Shown: positions 13,513 to 26,375 of the stretch, in pieces | How positions within the stretch are numbered: the first letter of the stretch is position 1 | Layout of the letters: each line of letters opens with the position of its first letter | NCBI GenBank assembly: GCA_038087875.1 | Contig: CM075990.1 | Coordinates: 12,464,001 to 12,528,000 of the forward strand | DNA from: Malacoraja senta | Taxonomy: Eukaryota | Length of the DNA stretch: 64,000 bases | Reading direction: 5' to 3' | Translations under genes and position numbers: made by a program | Notes under the pieces: generated by a model | Database searches by the model: none | The model's input: the letters and a program-made list of their open reading frames with translations, nothing else | What the model was told of the DNA's origin: nothing

Positions 13513-14901
13513 AAGTGACTTGGGGGGTCAATTTTACTTTTAACCTAATTAGCTGAAACATTAGCATTTGAATTCCCACTTCACAACCAAAATTTCCTTG
13601 CAATAGCAATGTAGTCCTAAAGCCAGCCCTTTATCATTAAGAAATGCCAGTAGGCGGCATAGAAAGAGTGGTGATCATTATGAACACTGATATCAAAGGA
13701 TAGAAGGGCCTTAAAGGAAGAGAAAGGGAGCTAGATGTATGTGGGGAAGTCATTGTTGGTTCTGGGCATATGGTGCAGGAAATGGAAGGATATGGATTCT
13801 GTGCTGGTGTATTACAGTTGTCATCATGTTAGGCTGAAACACTGTGGGCTGAGGGTCCTGTTTTTGTGCTGTATTGCACTATGTTCTATAAAGAGACAAT
13901 AGGTGCAGGAGTAGGCCATTCGGCCCTTCGAGCCAACACCACCATTCTCTACGATCATGGCTGATCATCCACAATTAGTACCCCGTCCCTGCCTTCTCCC
14001 CATATCCCTTGACTCCGCTATCTTTAAAAGCATTATCTAGCTAAGGATGGAGAAGCAAATAGAATCAGAAATTGGAGTGTATGGGAGAGGCCATTACACA
14101 GCACAGAAAGTTACGGAGAAATCGGGGCAGGGATTTACAGGCCAAGGGGTAAAAATGTTAATTCAGAGCATTTAAATAATATACTTAACAGAGTAAAATG
14201 TCCCAAGGTATGACACTGATCGTCAATGCCTTCAAGAATGAAAGAGGAAGTAAGGTCTAGGACTTGCTGCAGAGAAGGAGTCAAGAGGATGGTGTAAGTT
14301 TGGCCGTGCACATTGGATATTGTGTAGGAAGGAACTGCAGATGCTGCTTTACACCGAAGATGGACACAAAATGCTGGAGTAACTCAGCGGGACAGGCAGC
14401 ATCTCTGGAGAGAAGGAATGGGTGACGTTTACGAAACCACACACGCACACACACACACCTTTTGATTCAGATCTTAATAACAACCCTACTTATTCATAAA
14501 GTGTTAGTTTCAAGGGTAAAACCTTTCATTTGGTCGTGCACCCCCATTTCAAGAGAGAGAAAATTCCATGCACCTTTTTCTGGTGAATGGCTTAATTCTG
14601 CTTGTGATATTTTTGTGGAGTTCCTCACTGGAAGAAATAACCTCCCCGGTGTATTCTTCAAAGTATTTGTCCCATTTCAAACAATTAAATCACCCGAACT
14701 TTCCAAATCCGTGGCCAAGCTTAAACTGCTGCCCTTGTAATTCAGTTATCTTAGCTCTGGGAAGTCCACACTCTTCTCCTTTCCAAGACCAGGCACGTCC
14801 CCGGATGTTTGGTCACTGACATTGAGCAGGGTATTGCAGCTGGGACTTTACTGAGGCACCATCCACCAGCTCCATGTAACAAGTTCTCTGCATTGTTTCA
14901 G

Positions 14902-15129
14902 AATGTCGGTGGAGGTACACCAGTCACCAGGGTTCAAGCCATAGACATGGACTCCGGCGTCAACGCTGTGCTCTACTATTACATCACCCAGGGCAACAAG
15001 GATCTCACCTTCCGAATTGACCGGCTCACAGGGGAGGTTGTTACCCGCCCGTCTCCGCCTGACCGGGAGAGACAGAGTTTTTACCGGCTAACCGTAACGG
15101 TGGAGGATGACGGCACCCCTTCACTCTCG
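14902..15129 (+). CDS. CDH23: Cadherin-23 internal exon (228 bp; probably equivalent to human exon 38)
   Basis: ttgtttcag|AAT...TCG|gtaagt. Encodes NVGGGTPVTRVQAIDMDSGVNAVLYYYITQGNKDLTFRIDRLTGEVVTRPSPPDRERQSFYRLTVTVEDDGTPSLS, close to the recalled human CDH23 segment ...PPDRERQSFYHL...EDEGTPTLS. Confidence 0.95.
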
Positions 15130-15181
15130 GTAAGTGTTCTGCTTTAATTTACCTCAGTGGACATCCATTGGAGGAAAGGTA

Positions 15182-15368
15182 TGGGCCTGTCCCACTTAGG
15201 TGATTTTTTGGGCGACCACAGGCGACTGCCGCAAAATTTTCAACATGTTGAAAAAAATTGTTGCCGTCATTGGTTGACGTAGGTGTTGTCGTAGGTTGTT
15301 GTAGGTGAATTCCATTAGAACTATTCCCTGGCAGTCGCCTAAAGAGTTGCCTAAGTGGGACAGGCCCA
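15182..15368. mobile_element. PIF/Harbinger-type MITE
   Basis: TGGGCCTGTCCCACTTAGG...CCTAAGTGGGACAGGCCCA; TSD degraded. Confidence 0.8.
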
Positions 15369-15906
15369 TTGGAACACAGATCGAGCTCATCTGGCCTGAG
15401 TCCCTCTCCAATATGTGTTGAGCAATGTACCGTCCAGCATAATGACGTTTGAAGTTCATGATACTCTGATTTGATCTTCTGACAAGGCCATCCCACAAGG
15501 ATCCTTGTGGTGGTGGTGGTAAGCTGTTGCCATGACCTGTAGCTGCCCATCTGGTAAAGATATTCTACTGTGTTCTTGGGTTGTGACTTTGAATCTAGTG
15601 ACAATAAAGAAAATGCCAATCTATTTTCAAGGCAGGATGGTTTGGTATTGTGCTCTACTGGTACAGTACTTTATTAGTCACTTCTACCGAGGTACAGTGA
15701 AATTCATTTGTGTATACAGTTCTGTACAAGTATCACTATACATAAGCACATAGATACATATGAGATCAGCATCCTAGCGCCAGTAGAAGTGTACTACTGT
15801 GACAGTATACAGAAGCGCCAGTTTGACGCCAGTCCCAGTGATTTGTAACTGTTGAGAGGTGAAATCTACACCAAAGGCGTGCAAGTTTGTAGGTTTAGTT
15901 CAGCTT

Positions 15907-16202
15907 TTTAGTTTAGAGATACAGCGTGGAAACAGGCCCTTCGGCCCACTGAGTCTGTGCCGACCAACAATTACCCCGTACACTAGTTCTATCTTACACT
16001 CTCGGGACAGTTTACAGAAGCGAATTGACCTACAAACCCGCACGCCTTTGGAATGTGGGAGGAAACAGGAGCACCCGGAGAAAACCAACGCAGTCACAGG
16101 GAGAACGTGCAAACTCTGCACAGACAGCACCCATAGTCAGGATTGAACCTGGGTCTCTGGCGCTGTAAGGCGGCAACTCTACCGCTGCACCACTGTGCCG
16201 CC
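15907..16202 (-). mobile_element. HE1-like tRNA-derived V-SINE
   Basis: Head GGCACAGTGGTGCAGCGGTAGAG...GGTTCAATCC, V-domain TCTCCGGGTGCTCC..TTTCCTCCCACA, tail GGGCCGAAGGGCCTGTTTCC...TCTAAACTAAA. Confidence 0.85.
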
Positions 16203-18068
16203 GGTCAATTCGTTTCTGTACATTGTCCCCGGTTGGTGTGTTGGATAGAACTAGTGTCTGGGTGATCGTTGGTCTGCACGAACCCGGCTGGGCCGAAGGG
16301 CCTCTTTCCACCCTGAATCTCTAAACTAAACCAGTTGAGCTGGGAGTTCACCACCTCTAACATGGGGTTGACAAATCCCCTGAAATAATACGGTTTTATA
16401 TGTGTGCATTTCATGCTCTCTCCCGGTTGACAAGGGAATAACACTGAATGATTTTGGTTGCTCTATGCATTTTACGTATTTCCCATTTGTTAGTTGCATC
16501 AATTTAAATGGAGACCCATGAATAGTTGGAAATAAAATCATTGCTGGTACAGCTGTACCATAATCAAAATGATCTCCAGTGAATTTTCTTGTCACAACTG
16601 ATACATTTGATTCAGAAGTTAACCAACTTGGAAAGCTTGCCATGGCTTCTGAGCTCTTAAATATGAGATCTGTGCAGCTTTATAACTGTTATTTCATTCC
16701 AAACAAATTGGCTTTGCACTGACCAGTCAGTTGTGGTGAAAGAGATGAGAAATTGTTTTCACAACAATTTCACACTCTTTATCTATTTCTAATTTGTTCA
16801 CTTATGTGGATGTCACTGCCGATGTTGGTATTTAGGTATTTAGTGTCTGTGCCGAACTTTTCCTGAACCGAGGCACATTGACGGGGGATTAAATCACTTC
16901 CTGACTGAGCAAGAACATCAGATTTCCTTGCTCGAAAGACATGAATGAACCAGATAGTTTTTTTGTTTATGAGACCCCAGTATTTCATGGTCAACCTTGC
17001 TCAATCTATCGTTTGTTCAAATTTTTAGATGTATTTACTTACAGTATTTGAATTAAAATTCCCCAGCTAATATGCTGGGATTAGGAAATCGCAGACCAGA
17101 ACTCTGGTTGCTGGTCCAGTAACTTAATCAGCAATGCTTTCATTCCTGTGTACAGCGTGAATAATGTTTTTCCGTGATCTGCTCTGGCCAGATGTTTAAT
17201 TATCCCATCTAATGTTGTGTTCTCAGTCACTGCCTGCACAGCATGGGCTTGCTGCCTTGAATCTCCTCAGTCCCCAGTCATTGCAGCATATGTTCTATGC
17301 ATGTAAATATGGTCGGTGATTTGCCACAGTGACCTGGTGCTGCTGCAGAAGCACTTTGCTGGACTGATGGCAGTGGAGTATATTGAAGAAAAATCATCAG
17401 AATGTTTTAATATCTCACGTGTAAAGATTTTTCAGAGGGTTCAGAGTGGGATGGGGATGGGGGTGAGGGGAAGAGTGGGAGATGATATCAGGAACTTGGC
17501 TGCAGAATGTTTTTTTCTGTTCAGTAAACTCTTCATCTTTCTTGTCCATCTTCCATGTTTCAAATGTTGACATCGCTGTCATCGTCCGTCCTGAAACGGA
17601 CACGAGCTTCCGGCGACAATCAGTTGTTGCAATAGATGACGGTGGTAGCAGAATTAGCTCAGGATACTTCCAGTTTCCAGCCCCGCCACGTGGACCCTTC
17701 TGCTATGCGGCCTTCAGTAAACTTAATAACCAGAAAACTGCCCAGCCAGCAATTCAGTCATTTTGATCTCCCTGACCAACATTTTATTATCCTATTATAT
17801 TTACCCCATGACAAAGAAGGACATTCAGCCCATCAAGTCTAGATCTCAGAATAATCCCATCAGAACCACATTCTCACCCATTTTTGCAACAATCTCTTCT
17901 CCCACATGCATATTAATACATCGCCTACCTGATTTGCTGGCGACTGTAAGTTAGTTAACTTTACTGCCATTTACAGTAGTCAGTAATTCTCCCTGCAGAC
18001 GCAAGGAACGGCAGATGCTGATTTACTAAAAAAAAAAGGCATCCCAATTTGACATCCCATTAGAAAGA

Positions 18069-18318
18069 TGGCACAGTGGCGCAGCAGTTGAGTTGCTGCC
18101 TTACAGTGCCAGAGACAATTCTGACTGGCGCTGTCTGTTTGGAGTTTGTATGTTCTCCCTGTGACCATGTGGGTTTTCTCTGGGTGCTCCGGTTTCGTCC
18201 CACATTCCAAAGACATTGTTGGTTAATTGGCCTCTGTTAACTGTCCCTTGCGTGTAGGATAGAACTAGTGTACGGGTGATCATTGGTCGGTGCGGACCCG
18301 GTGTATCTCTAAACTAAA
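18069..18318 (+). mobile_element. HE1-like V-SINE
   Basis: Same head, V-domain and tail, with internal deletions. Confidence 0.8.
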
Positions 18319-20814
18319 CATGACTGCCAACAGTCCAGTTGCCCGTTGGTACTGCTTTGGAAATGGCAGCAGAGATTTATATGAACACACTGGCTTCTGA
18401 TTCAAAGCGAGAGAGCTAAAAACTGAGTCACAGAGTGCAAGGAGCTATCAGGATATGGAATGATTGCTGACTGTTCTGTGCCATGACAAATTGAGTTTGT
18501 TATGCAATAGCAGTTGCAGATGTTTCCGCAGCTTGGCAATCATCAAAATACATTCATCTTCAGTTATATTGCACTGCGAAACTTCCCTGTCATCAGCTCT
18601 ATCCAAGTGCCTAGTGCATGCTGGAGTCAACCTGATGGGACTGCTGCATGATGTTTGACAGCATGCATTGACCCAGAAGTTGAGAGAGATTAACTGGATG
18701 AACATGTCTGACGGCAAACAGAATCGATCTGATTTCTTTGATGTCTCGTTTTCTGTTGGGGGGTTTTTGCGGTACAAATTGCTCTTGCGCTGGTCCGATA
18801 ACCGTGTAGCGATGCTGCATCTCGAGGGTCAGGCAGAGAAGATCATCTCCCCAACCCATGAATGAGTGGGGAAGGAAGCGGGAAGCAGAGCAATGGAGCG
18901 ACAGAGTAGTGGCAACTTGGGCTGGAGTAAAGAGCAAGAACAGAAATAGATGACGAGGGGAGGAAAGAGTTTAAAAGAATATTAAGGAACATTTATTGAA
19001 AGTAACACACGTCGGGACCAGAATTTATAACCCAGTTGTAATTGGAAATGACTAGCTCATCTAACACCCACTTATTTGCTGGATAATAAAGCTATTAACC
19101 AACCATAGCAATAGACCGTTATCCTAACAACTCTGTGGAGATGGTGGTAATTTTCTTTCTCAACCTGCTGAAGCAATTTTCTTGGTGACGCTGTTGAAAG
19201 AGGGAAGGCCACCGAGCCAGCCCCTGCTCTCCACAGCCTGACGCACAAAGACCCGGTGTGCCGCGGCCTGCAGTGGGGAAGATGCCGAGCCGGCCCCCCT
19301 TGCTCGCCCCCAAAGACCTGATCCAGGAGGATGGAGCAAGGCCAGTAGGAGAGGGACGGAGGTCAGGCCTACCGCTCCCTCAAGGTCGGCTGCAGGAGGC
19401 ACCCCTGGAGCACCAAGGTGGACAGGCGAGGAGCGGGACGAGACACACGTCTAAGACAGGCTGGCTGGAGGCCCTGCAGCAGCCTGGAGCTCGCCTGGAA
19501 CGGGCACCGCTCATGAGACATAGAGCAGACTGCACTTCGAAAATGGCGCCAAAACCTGGCGCCTCTTCATGCAGGGTAAGTGGACCATTACTGGGCACTT
19601 TGCTAATCGGGGATTGTGCTTGGGTTTGGCAATACTTTACTGAACTGTACGTAAGGAAAGAATTCCACTGTGCATTAGCACATGTGACAAAGCACCATTG
19701 AAATGCAGATGCTGGAGTCTTGAGCAAAACACATAAACACAAAGGTACTCAGCGGGTCTGCCAGCATCTGTGGAGGGAATGGGCAGGCGACGTTCCGGGT
19801 CAGGACCGTTCTCCAGATACAATTGCTCTTCTGTGACCCATCCTCTCACCTTCAGCTGTATGGGATCACGTTCAGCAAAGTCACAGCTAACAATGGGCGC
19901 CAAATTATGATGAAAATCGAATAGGGAGGATGCATTTTAGACTTAGTCGTAGAATTGTATTTGTTGCTAATAGTGGTCATTTGATGACAGCTTCCTCACG
20001 AATGCTCCATTATCTGTTGCGCTCTTTGCTTTCAGCACTTATGTGGTTAATCTCCGTTCTTTCAAGTAGCTAATCTAAGGAAAGTCAATCAATGCAGAAA
20101 ACAAACTGTTGTTAATGTTGGATCATTTGAGACAGGAACTGGAGCACAGGCTGATGGAAGATGAAAGGAAATTTCTTGATTAGATTTGACTGCTGTGATT
20201 ATTTTAATGTGATCAAATCTTTTTTAACCTCTCGTTAATTAATTATATACAGAGTTCTGAATAATTAGAACCGTGTACTCTGCCAGACAAAGGTGCCAAG
20301 TGAGGCACTAGTTACACTCGGTTAGTTCCACTGGGCAGGCCACAGAAGGGTCCTTACCCAAAACGTCACCTATCCATGTTCTCCAGAGATGCCACAGAAG
20401 GCCGTTGGAGGCCAAGTCAGTGGATATTTTTAAGGCAGAGGTTGATTGATTCTTGATTAGTACGGGCGTCGGGGGTTATGGTGAGAAGGCAGGAGAATGG
20501 GGTTGAGAGGGAGAGATTGATGGGCCGAATGGCCTAATTCTGCACTTATCACTTATGAAGATGCTGCCTGACCCTCTGAGTTACTCCAGCACTTTGTACC
20601 TTTCTTTATAAACCAACATCTGTGGTTCCTTGTTTCTCAACATCATCTGCAGTGTCTGACAGCAGACTCCTGAAACAAATGCTGACTGCGGACAGAGGAA
20701 AAGATTCGCGATGTGACCAAGGCTTAACCATCCTGAGACATGAAAAAGACTTCTTCTTCTTATCGAGTCCACACACAAGATTAGAAGTTGTTCAGCCAGA
20801 GCTGAACACCTTTA

Positions 20815-21272
20815 GACAATAGACAATAGGTGCAGGAGTAGGCCATTCGGCCCTTCGAGCCAGCACCGCCATTCATCGTGATCATGGCTGATCATCCACA
20901 ATCAGTAACCCGTGCCTGCCTTCTCCCCATATCCCTTGATTCCTCTCGCCCCTAGAGCTCTATCTAACCTTTTTAAATTCATCCAGTGAATTGGCCTCTA
21001 CTACCTTCTGTGGCAGAGAATTCCACAAATTCTCAACTCTCTGGATGAGAGAGTTTTTTCTCGTCTCAATTTTAAATGGCCCCCCCTTTATTTTCAGACT
21101 GTGGCCCCTGGTTCTGGACTCCCCTATCATGTTCCTCCTCAAAAACGTTTTCACCCAGAGAGATGTGAATTTGTGGAATTCTCTACCACAGAAGGCAGTA
21201 GAGGCCAATTCACTGGATGAATTTAAAAAGAGAGTTAGATAGAGCTCTAGGGGCTAGCGGAATCAAGGGATA
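20815..21272. mobile_element. CR1/HER1-like LINE 3' end with internal inversion
   Basis: Minus-strand tail 20815-21135 followed by a plus-strand copy of part of it (about 21146-21272). Other tails lie near 222-330, 1000-1670, 9360-9510, 10790-11025, 13893-14043, 33240-33445, 37825-37960, 46757-46987, 49473-50330 and 63390-63560. Confidence 0.8.
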
Positions 21273-23310
21273 TCATGTATAGTCTTTCCGCTGACTGGTT
21301 AGCACGCAACAAAAGCTTTTCACTGTACCTCTGTGCACGTCACTATAAACAAACTAAATTAAACAAAACTATTTCAGTTACCATCCAAGCAGTGTTTTAA
21401 TAAGGTTTAGCGTAACACCCTTGTTTTTGTAAACTGTGAATAAACCCATTTTGCTTTTATTTTTCATCAGCCTCCCTGATAGTAACAGGTTGGTCACAAG
21501 TAACTCAAAAGTGGTTCATATGCTGCTTCTTTGAAGATAGGTGAACAATCAGGAGCCATCTCTGCATGGCACAGGTTCAACTAGCAGCAATGTAAATATA
21601 TCTGTTCCCTTTACAACTCCTTTATGCTCACGCCCCTTTCACGTGGGGATTTGATTGCTCTGCTAACCAGTTGGACAGTGAGTGTAATTTTTTACGAAAC
21701 GTAGAAGTGAGCTTACGGTTCATTTCAGGTGGTTGTCAACTCTTAAGAATGTATTCGGGTTATTCTGCACCACATTACCTGACTTGCATAGACAATTAAG
21801 AACAGGAAACCTCAATGTAACGAGGGACACAGGTTTGTGCACAACGAGCCTCTTGCTTTTAGCATGGTAGCTATGTTTAGCAAATTCAGTTGAACTTTCC
21901 GGTGCCTGAATTTCCTTTCTGTTAATGTCCTAAATGTTTTTGTTTAATTGGGTTCAACTACTGCAGAAAGATACGAGCTGCTTTATGTTAAGAGAGGATT
22001 TTGGATATTAATGGTGCAAAACATTTGCAAGTGAAATTTCAATGGAATGAGATACATTTTTATGTCCTTCCCAACGTATTGAGTCAAAGGGACCAGAGTC
22101 TGGTCTCTCATGTCCTGGCTGCACAAAGCCTTCTGCTGTTGACCCAACTGGAGCTTGATGGTCAATCTCCACACTTGCCTTTCTTCATAAATGGGCCGTA
22201 AGCTTTGCACCATTCGGAGCAACACACCCTGCTAGACTAGCACTCCATTCTCCACCCTCAACGCTGCCTCCGTTCACAGCAGGTGCCGTCTGTAGCACCC
22301 AGGAGATGCCTCTGAACAACTTGACAATGCTTCCTTAACACCACTCCCCAAATCCACAGCCTCTGCTGAACTCAAGGTGAGGAACAGCAGACACAGATAT
22401 CTAAGTTGGACACACATTGCTGTCGCTGGGTCAAAACCATGGAACTTCCTATCTAATAGCACTATAGAGGTGTTCCCTTACCACAAGAACTGCAGCAGAC
22501 CGAGAGGCAGCTCACTGTGAACGCTGAATTTGATTTCTCATGCATGCATGCATGTGAATGTGTATGTGCAGAGTTTAGTAAGTGAGATTGGTGATAGGGA
22601 ATATGTTGTTATAGTGAAAACAGAGATGTGGTTTAGAAAGTAGCAGGACTGGGGATTAAATGCTCATGCATAGAAATAGTTCTGCAAAGAAAGAAAGGGT
22701 GGCAGCATATTGATCAGCCAAGGTATTGAAACGCAGTAGAGAGAGGTTGTTGCAAAGTTCAGCAAAGGCAGAATCTGTTTGGTGAGAGGAATGGAAATGA
22801 TACACTGGATGTATTTTAAATAATTTGGAAGTGGAAGAACATGTTGAGAGGCTTTGCTGAACCTTTATAAAGTTTCGATCCAGGCTCATCCCAATGTTCA
22901 TATCGTGTCACCATATTATCATAATTGAGTTTAGTTTAGAAATACAGTGTGGAAACAGACCCTTCGACCCATCAATCACCCATACACACTAATTTCATGT
23001 TATCCCACTTTTGGATCCTATACACTAGGGGCAACTTACAGTTAACCTACGAACAGCACGTCTTTGGATTGTGGGAGGAAACCGGAGCACCCGGACATTT
23101 TGGGCCGGGACCCTTCTTCAGACATATGGAGCAGGGGAGAGAAAGCTGGAAAAGGGGGATAAAATCGGACAAGTAGATACAGATGAGGGAGCTTTGATTG
23201 GCAAATATTTATCCCACCACTAAGTCAAGACATATTTCCCCACCTTTAGTTGAGTCATTGAAGTGTGCAAGAACAGAGTTGAGTATTTCTACGAATGTAG
23301 CACAGGAACT

Positions 23311-23316
23311 TTTATT
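23311..23316 (-). terminator. Candidate VSIR polyadenylation signal AATAAA
   Basis: First minus-strand AATAAA I noticed downstream of the VSIR stop. It follows an AT-rich non-repeat stretch (23320-23560) and would imply a 3'UTR of about 4.6 kb. Confidence 0.35.
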
Positions 23317-23614
23317 TGTTAGATTCGTTCAATTCATAGAAAGCTAATTTTAGATATAAAAATGTTACAATCTTAAACTTCTAAGAAGTTTTTTTTTTTT
23401 AAGTCTCTTTCAAAGTAATTTACATATATTTTGAATAATTAACAAACATGGTTAACAAATATTTTATACATTTTGTTACATAAAAATATGATCCACGCAT
23501 TGTTTCCAAGGAGATTTGATATTTGTAAATGTACATTAAAGAGATGGGATATAATTCCGAGAGTGTAGGAAGAAACTGCAGATGATGGTATATACTGAAG
23601 ATAGACACAAAGTG

Positions 23615-23790
23615 CTGGAGTAACTCAGCGGGTCAGGCAGCATCTCTGGAGAACAGGGATAGGTGACGTTTCAGAGTACTGGAGTAACTCAGCGGCTCAA
23701 GCAGCATCTCTGGAGAACAGGGATAGGTGACGTTTCAGAGTACTGGAATAACTCAGCGGGTCAAGCAGCATCTCTGGAGAAAAAGAATGG
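23615..23790. repeat. Tandem amplification of an ~64-bp Penelope-like segment
   Basis: ctggagtaactcagcgg...gtgacgtttcagagta occurs twice, followed by a third variant unit. Confidence 0.8.
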
Positions 23791-24453
23791 GTGACGTTTT
23801 GGGTCGGAATCCTTCTTCAGACTGCTTGACATTTCGGGTCGGAACCCGAACCGTCACCCATCCATGTTTTCCCGAGATGCTGCCTGAGCCGTTGAGTTAC
23901 TCCAGCACTTTGTGTCTATAATTCGGAGAGACTGGGCACTCACTCCAGGAAGAATGACTACGCGAGGATCTGATAATTGCACACTCTGTGAACAACATAT
24001 CCTCAGCCATTTGAACTTGACCTTTATTGTCGGGTCTTTCTCTCATGTCAACATCAAGCTTGCGAGTAGGGGTGGCAGGGGGTGGCAGTCCCCACACACC
24101 TCCCCAAATAGCAATCTCATATGTGTGTTCATGCAAGGCACCCATCCAACTGTGGTCAGACTCAACTTCTGTTGAAATGCATTAATGACATCTTGTGGTA
24201 GTAGAACAGTTTGCCCATGGAGAAGATTTCATTTGCAATTTCCCTAAAAGATGTGTTTCTTTTTCAAATGAGAATGACTTCAGTCCAGAAAGAAGGTGGG
24301 GTGAGTTTGAAGGTATTTGTTTCTTCTATTGGGTCTTCTCTCCACAATGCTGTGCTTTTCTCTCTGTCTTGACATGAGGTTTGACCACCATTGGCAACAT
24401 GGGGTCTCTTTGCATTGGTGCAAGGCTTTGACAAGTAAATGCACCATCTATAA

Positions 24454-24773
24454 AGGCCCTGTCCCACTTTCCCAAGTTACTCACGAACTCTCCCGAGTTT
24501 TCCCCTTGATTCAAACTTGGAGAATTACGGTAATAGACGTTCGTAGGTACTCGGGGCTATTTTTTTTAACTCGTGGACATTTTTTGACATGTTGAAAAAA
24601 CGTCCCGATTTACCTGATGCCCCGAGTTCCTACGGCTGGCATTACGAGCCGCTACGAAACATCCACAGACTCCATCGGGCTCCTTCGAGCTCGCTACCGT
24701 CATTCCCCGAGTTCGAATCAAGGGGAAGACTCGGGAGAGTTCGTGAGTAACTCGGGAAAGTGGGACAGGGCCT
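24454..24773. mobile_element. PIF/Harbinger-type MITE (long-TIR subfamily)
   Basis: AGGCCCTGTCCCACTTTCCC...GGGAAAGTGGGACAGGGCCT, TAA TSD; inverse-orientation relative of 55034-55351. Confidence 0.88.
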
Positions 24774-25710
24774 TAACTTGGAATTCACGGAACGGATAGA
24801 AAGGTTGCCCTTGTCCTCTGGAGAGACAGATCCACAGTTATATACAATGTCTCTTATTTATATACAAACAGTTCGAAAGGAAGAGCAAATATCAACAAAT
24901 AAGCAACCAGTGCACTCGATTCCCATCAAATACTTCCATGGACAGACTAATAAGTACTTGTGGTTGAAAGAGGAATATTGGTCGAGCTACCGTGGGAATA
25001 CTTCCTGGAATAGCATCACAGAATATTTAAACATCCAATGGAGAAATTGCACCAATAGAGTAACATTAACCTGCACTGGATTTTCCAAACCACATCTATT
25101 CCAATGATGTGTGTATGAAATACTGTTTGAGACACAAACACAGGAGATAATTTGTGCTTCTGTAAATAGCAAAGAGGAAAAGTCTGGATAGATGAGGGAT
25201 AAATATAGGCCTGCACGTGTGAAAGATTGCTCATCGAATAATGGCAATAGACAATAGGTGCAGGAGTAGGCCATTCGGCCCTACGAGCCAGCACCGCCAT
25301 TCACTGTGATCATGCTTGTTGATGAGAAAGACAGAGCCTTATTTTAACATCTCATCCAAAAGACAACCACACTGGGAACACCAGGATAAACCTTTCAGCG
25401 TAGGTTTCTGGTGTGGACTTTTTATGAATAGAGATTTACATGCAGGTGTCCTATCTGCTGTTTGTGGCAGCTTGCTGTGTACATATAACCCCTTACATGT
25501 GTTTCATTACAAAAGTCACTTCTCTTCAAAATCTTCGGGGGATGTGAGTTCGGATGTTCTTGGAAGGAAGTGAAAGGTGAAGCTATTAATTAATTTCCTT
25601 ATTCTTGGTTTAAATGAAATGCCTGGAGTTATAGTAATTCTCAAATGCAACATAATTCACTGCAAAGTACTTTAATGAGAAAAGGGGGCCGGAGGTGGGT
25701 CAATTAGGGG

Positions 25711-25782
25711 TCATCTAAAATTGGAGAATTCAATGTTCACACTGAGTTGTGAGCAACCCAAGCAGAATATGCGATGCTGTTC
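25711..25782 (-). mobile_element. Penelope-like ORF C-terminal remnant (end of GIY-YIG endonuclease)
   Basis: Translates as EQHRIFCLGCSQLSVNIEFSNFR*, resembling the recalled vertebrate Penelope ending EQHLIFRLGxLxPxGxNxEF. Confidence 0.55.
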
Positions 25783-25850
25783 ACATGCAAACCACATGCA
25801 AACATCACTTCACCATGTTCTCCACAGATGTCGCCTGGCCTGGTGAGTTA

Positions 25851-26375
25851 AGGGCCTGTCCCACTTGCATGCGATTGCGTGCGTTTGGCAGGACCAAACA
25901 GAAGCGGAGTCCACGCGAAGTTCGCGCTAAGTACGCGCTAAGTTCGCGCGTGACGTCATTTGCGTCATGCTTACCAATCAGCTGGGCAGGATGCGGGCCG
26001 ACTGAATTTGGGCGTCGCACGGCGTCGGGCGGTGACGTCCTCACGCAATGCCATGCCGGGTGGTGACGTCATCGCGCAACGCCACGCGCTAGGCGTATGC
26101 TGTCAAGACGCTGCGTACGCCGTCAAGACGCTTCGTACGACGTCAAGACGCTGCGTACGACCGCAATGCGCCTGCGTGCCGACAGGCCATTGGCGCGGGA
26201 AGATTTCGGACACTGTCAGATTTTCAGAGCCCCGTGCGATGTCGGGACCAGCCCCGCACAACTCCGCGCTTCTAAGTGGGACCGGCCTCGCGCGGCCATA
26301 TGGTGCCCGTACGGCTCAAGCGACCACGAGGTCGCGTAATTTGCGAGCCAAGGTCGCGTAAGTGGGACAGGCCCT
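25851..26375. mobile_element. PIF/Harbinger-type MITE inserted into a Penelope-like piece
   Basis: Same TIR, TTA TSD. It splits the host motif gagTTA|ctc...gcattttgtg. Very CpG-rich. Confidence 0.88.

Noticed and set aside
18611..19701. ORFs as a C10orf105-like nested gene
   Set aside because: No TM segment or LWKRLGSLR-like motif; the GC-rich part ends in a repeat-type tail.
23615..23790. CRISPR-like repeat array
   Set aside because: Head-to-tail duplication of a eukaryotic retroelement piece with no unique spacers and no cas genes.
25851..26375. CpG island or promoter (also 13055-13310, 49628-50092, 59477-59993)
   Set aside because: The CpG richness is confined to transposon boundaries.
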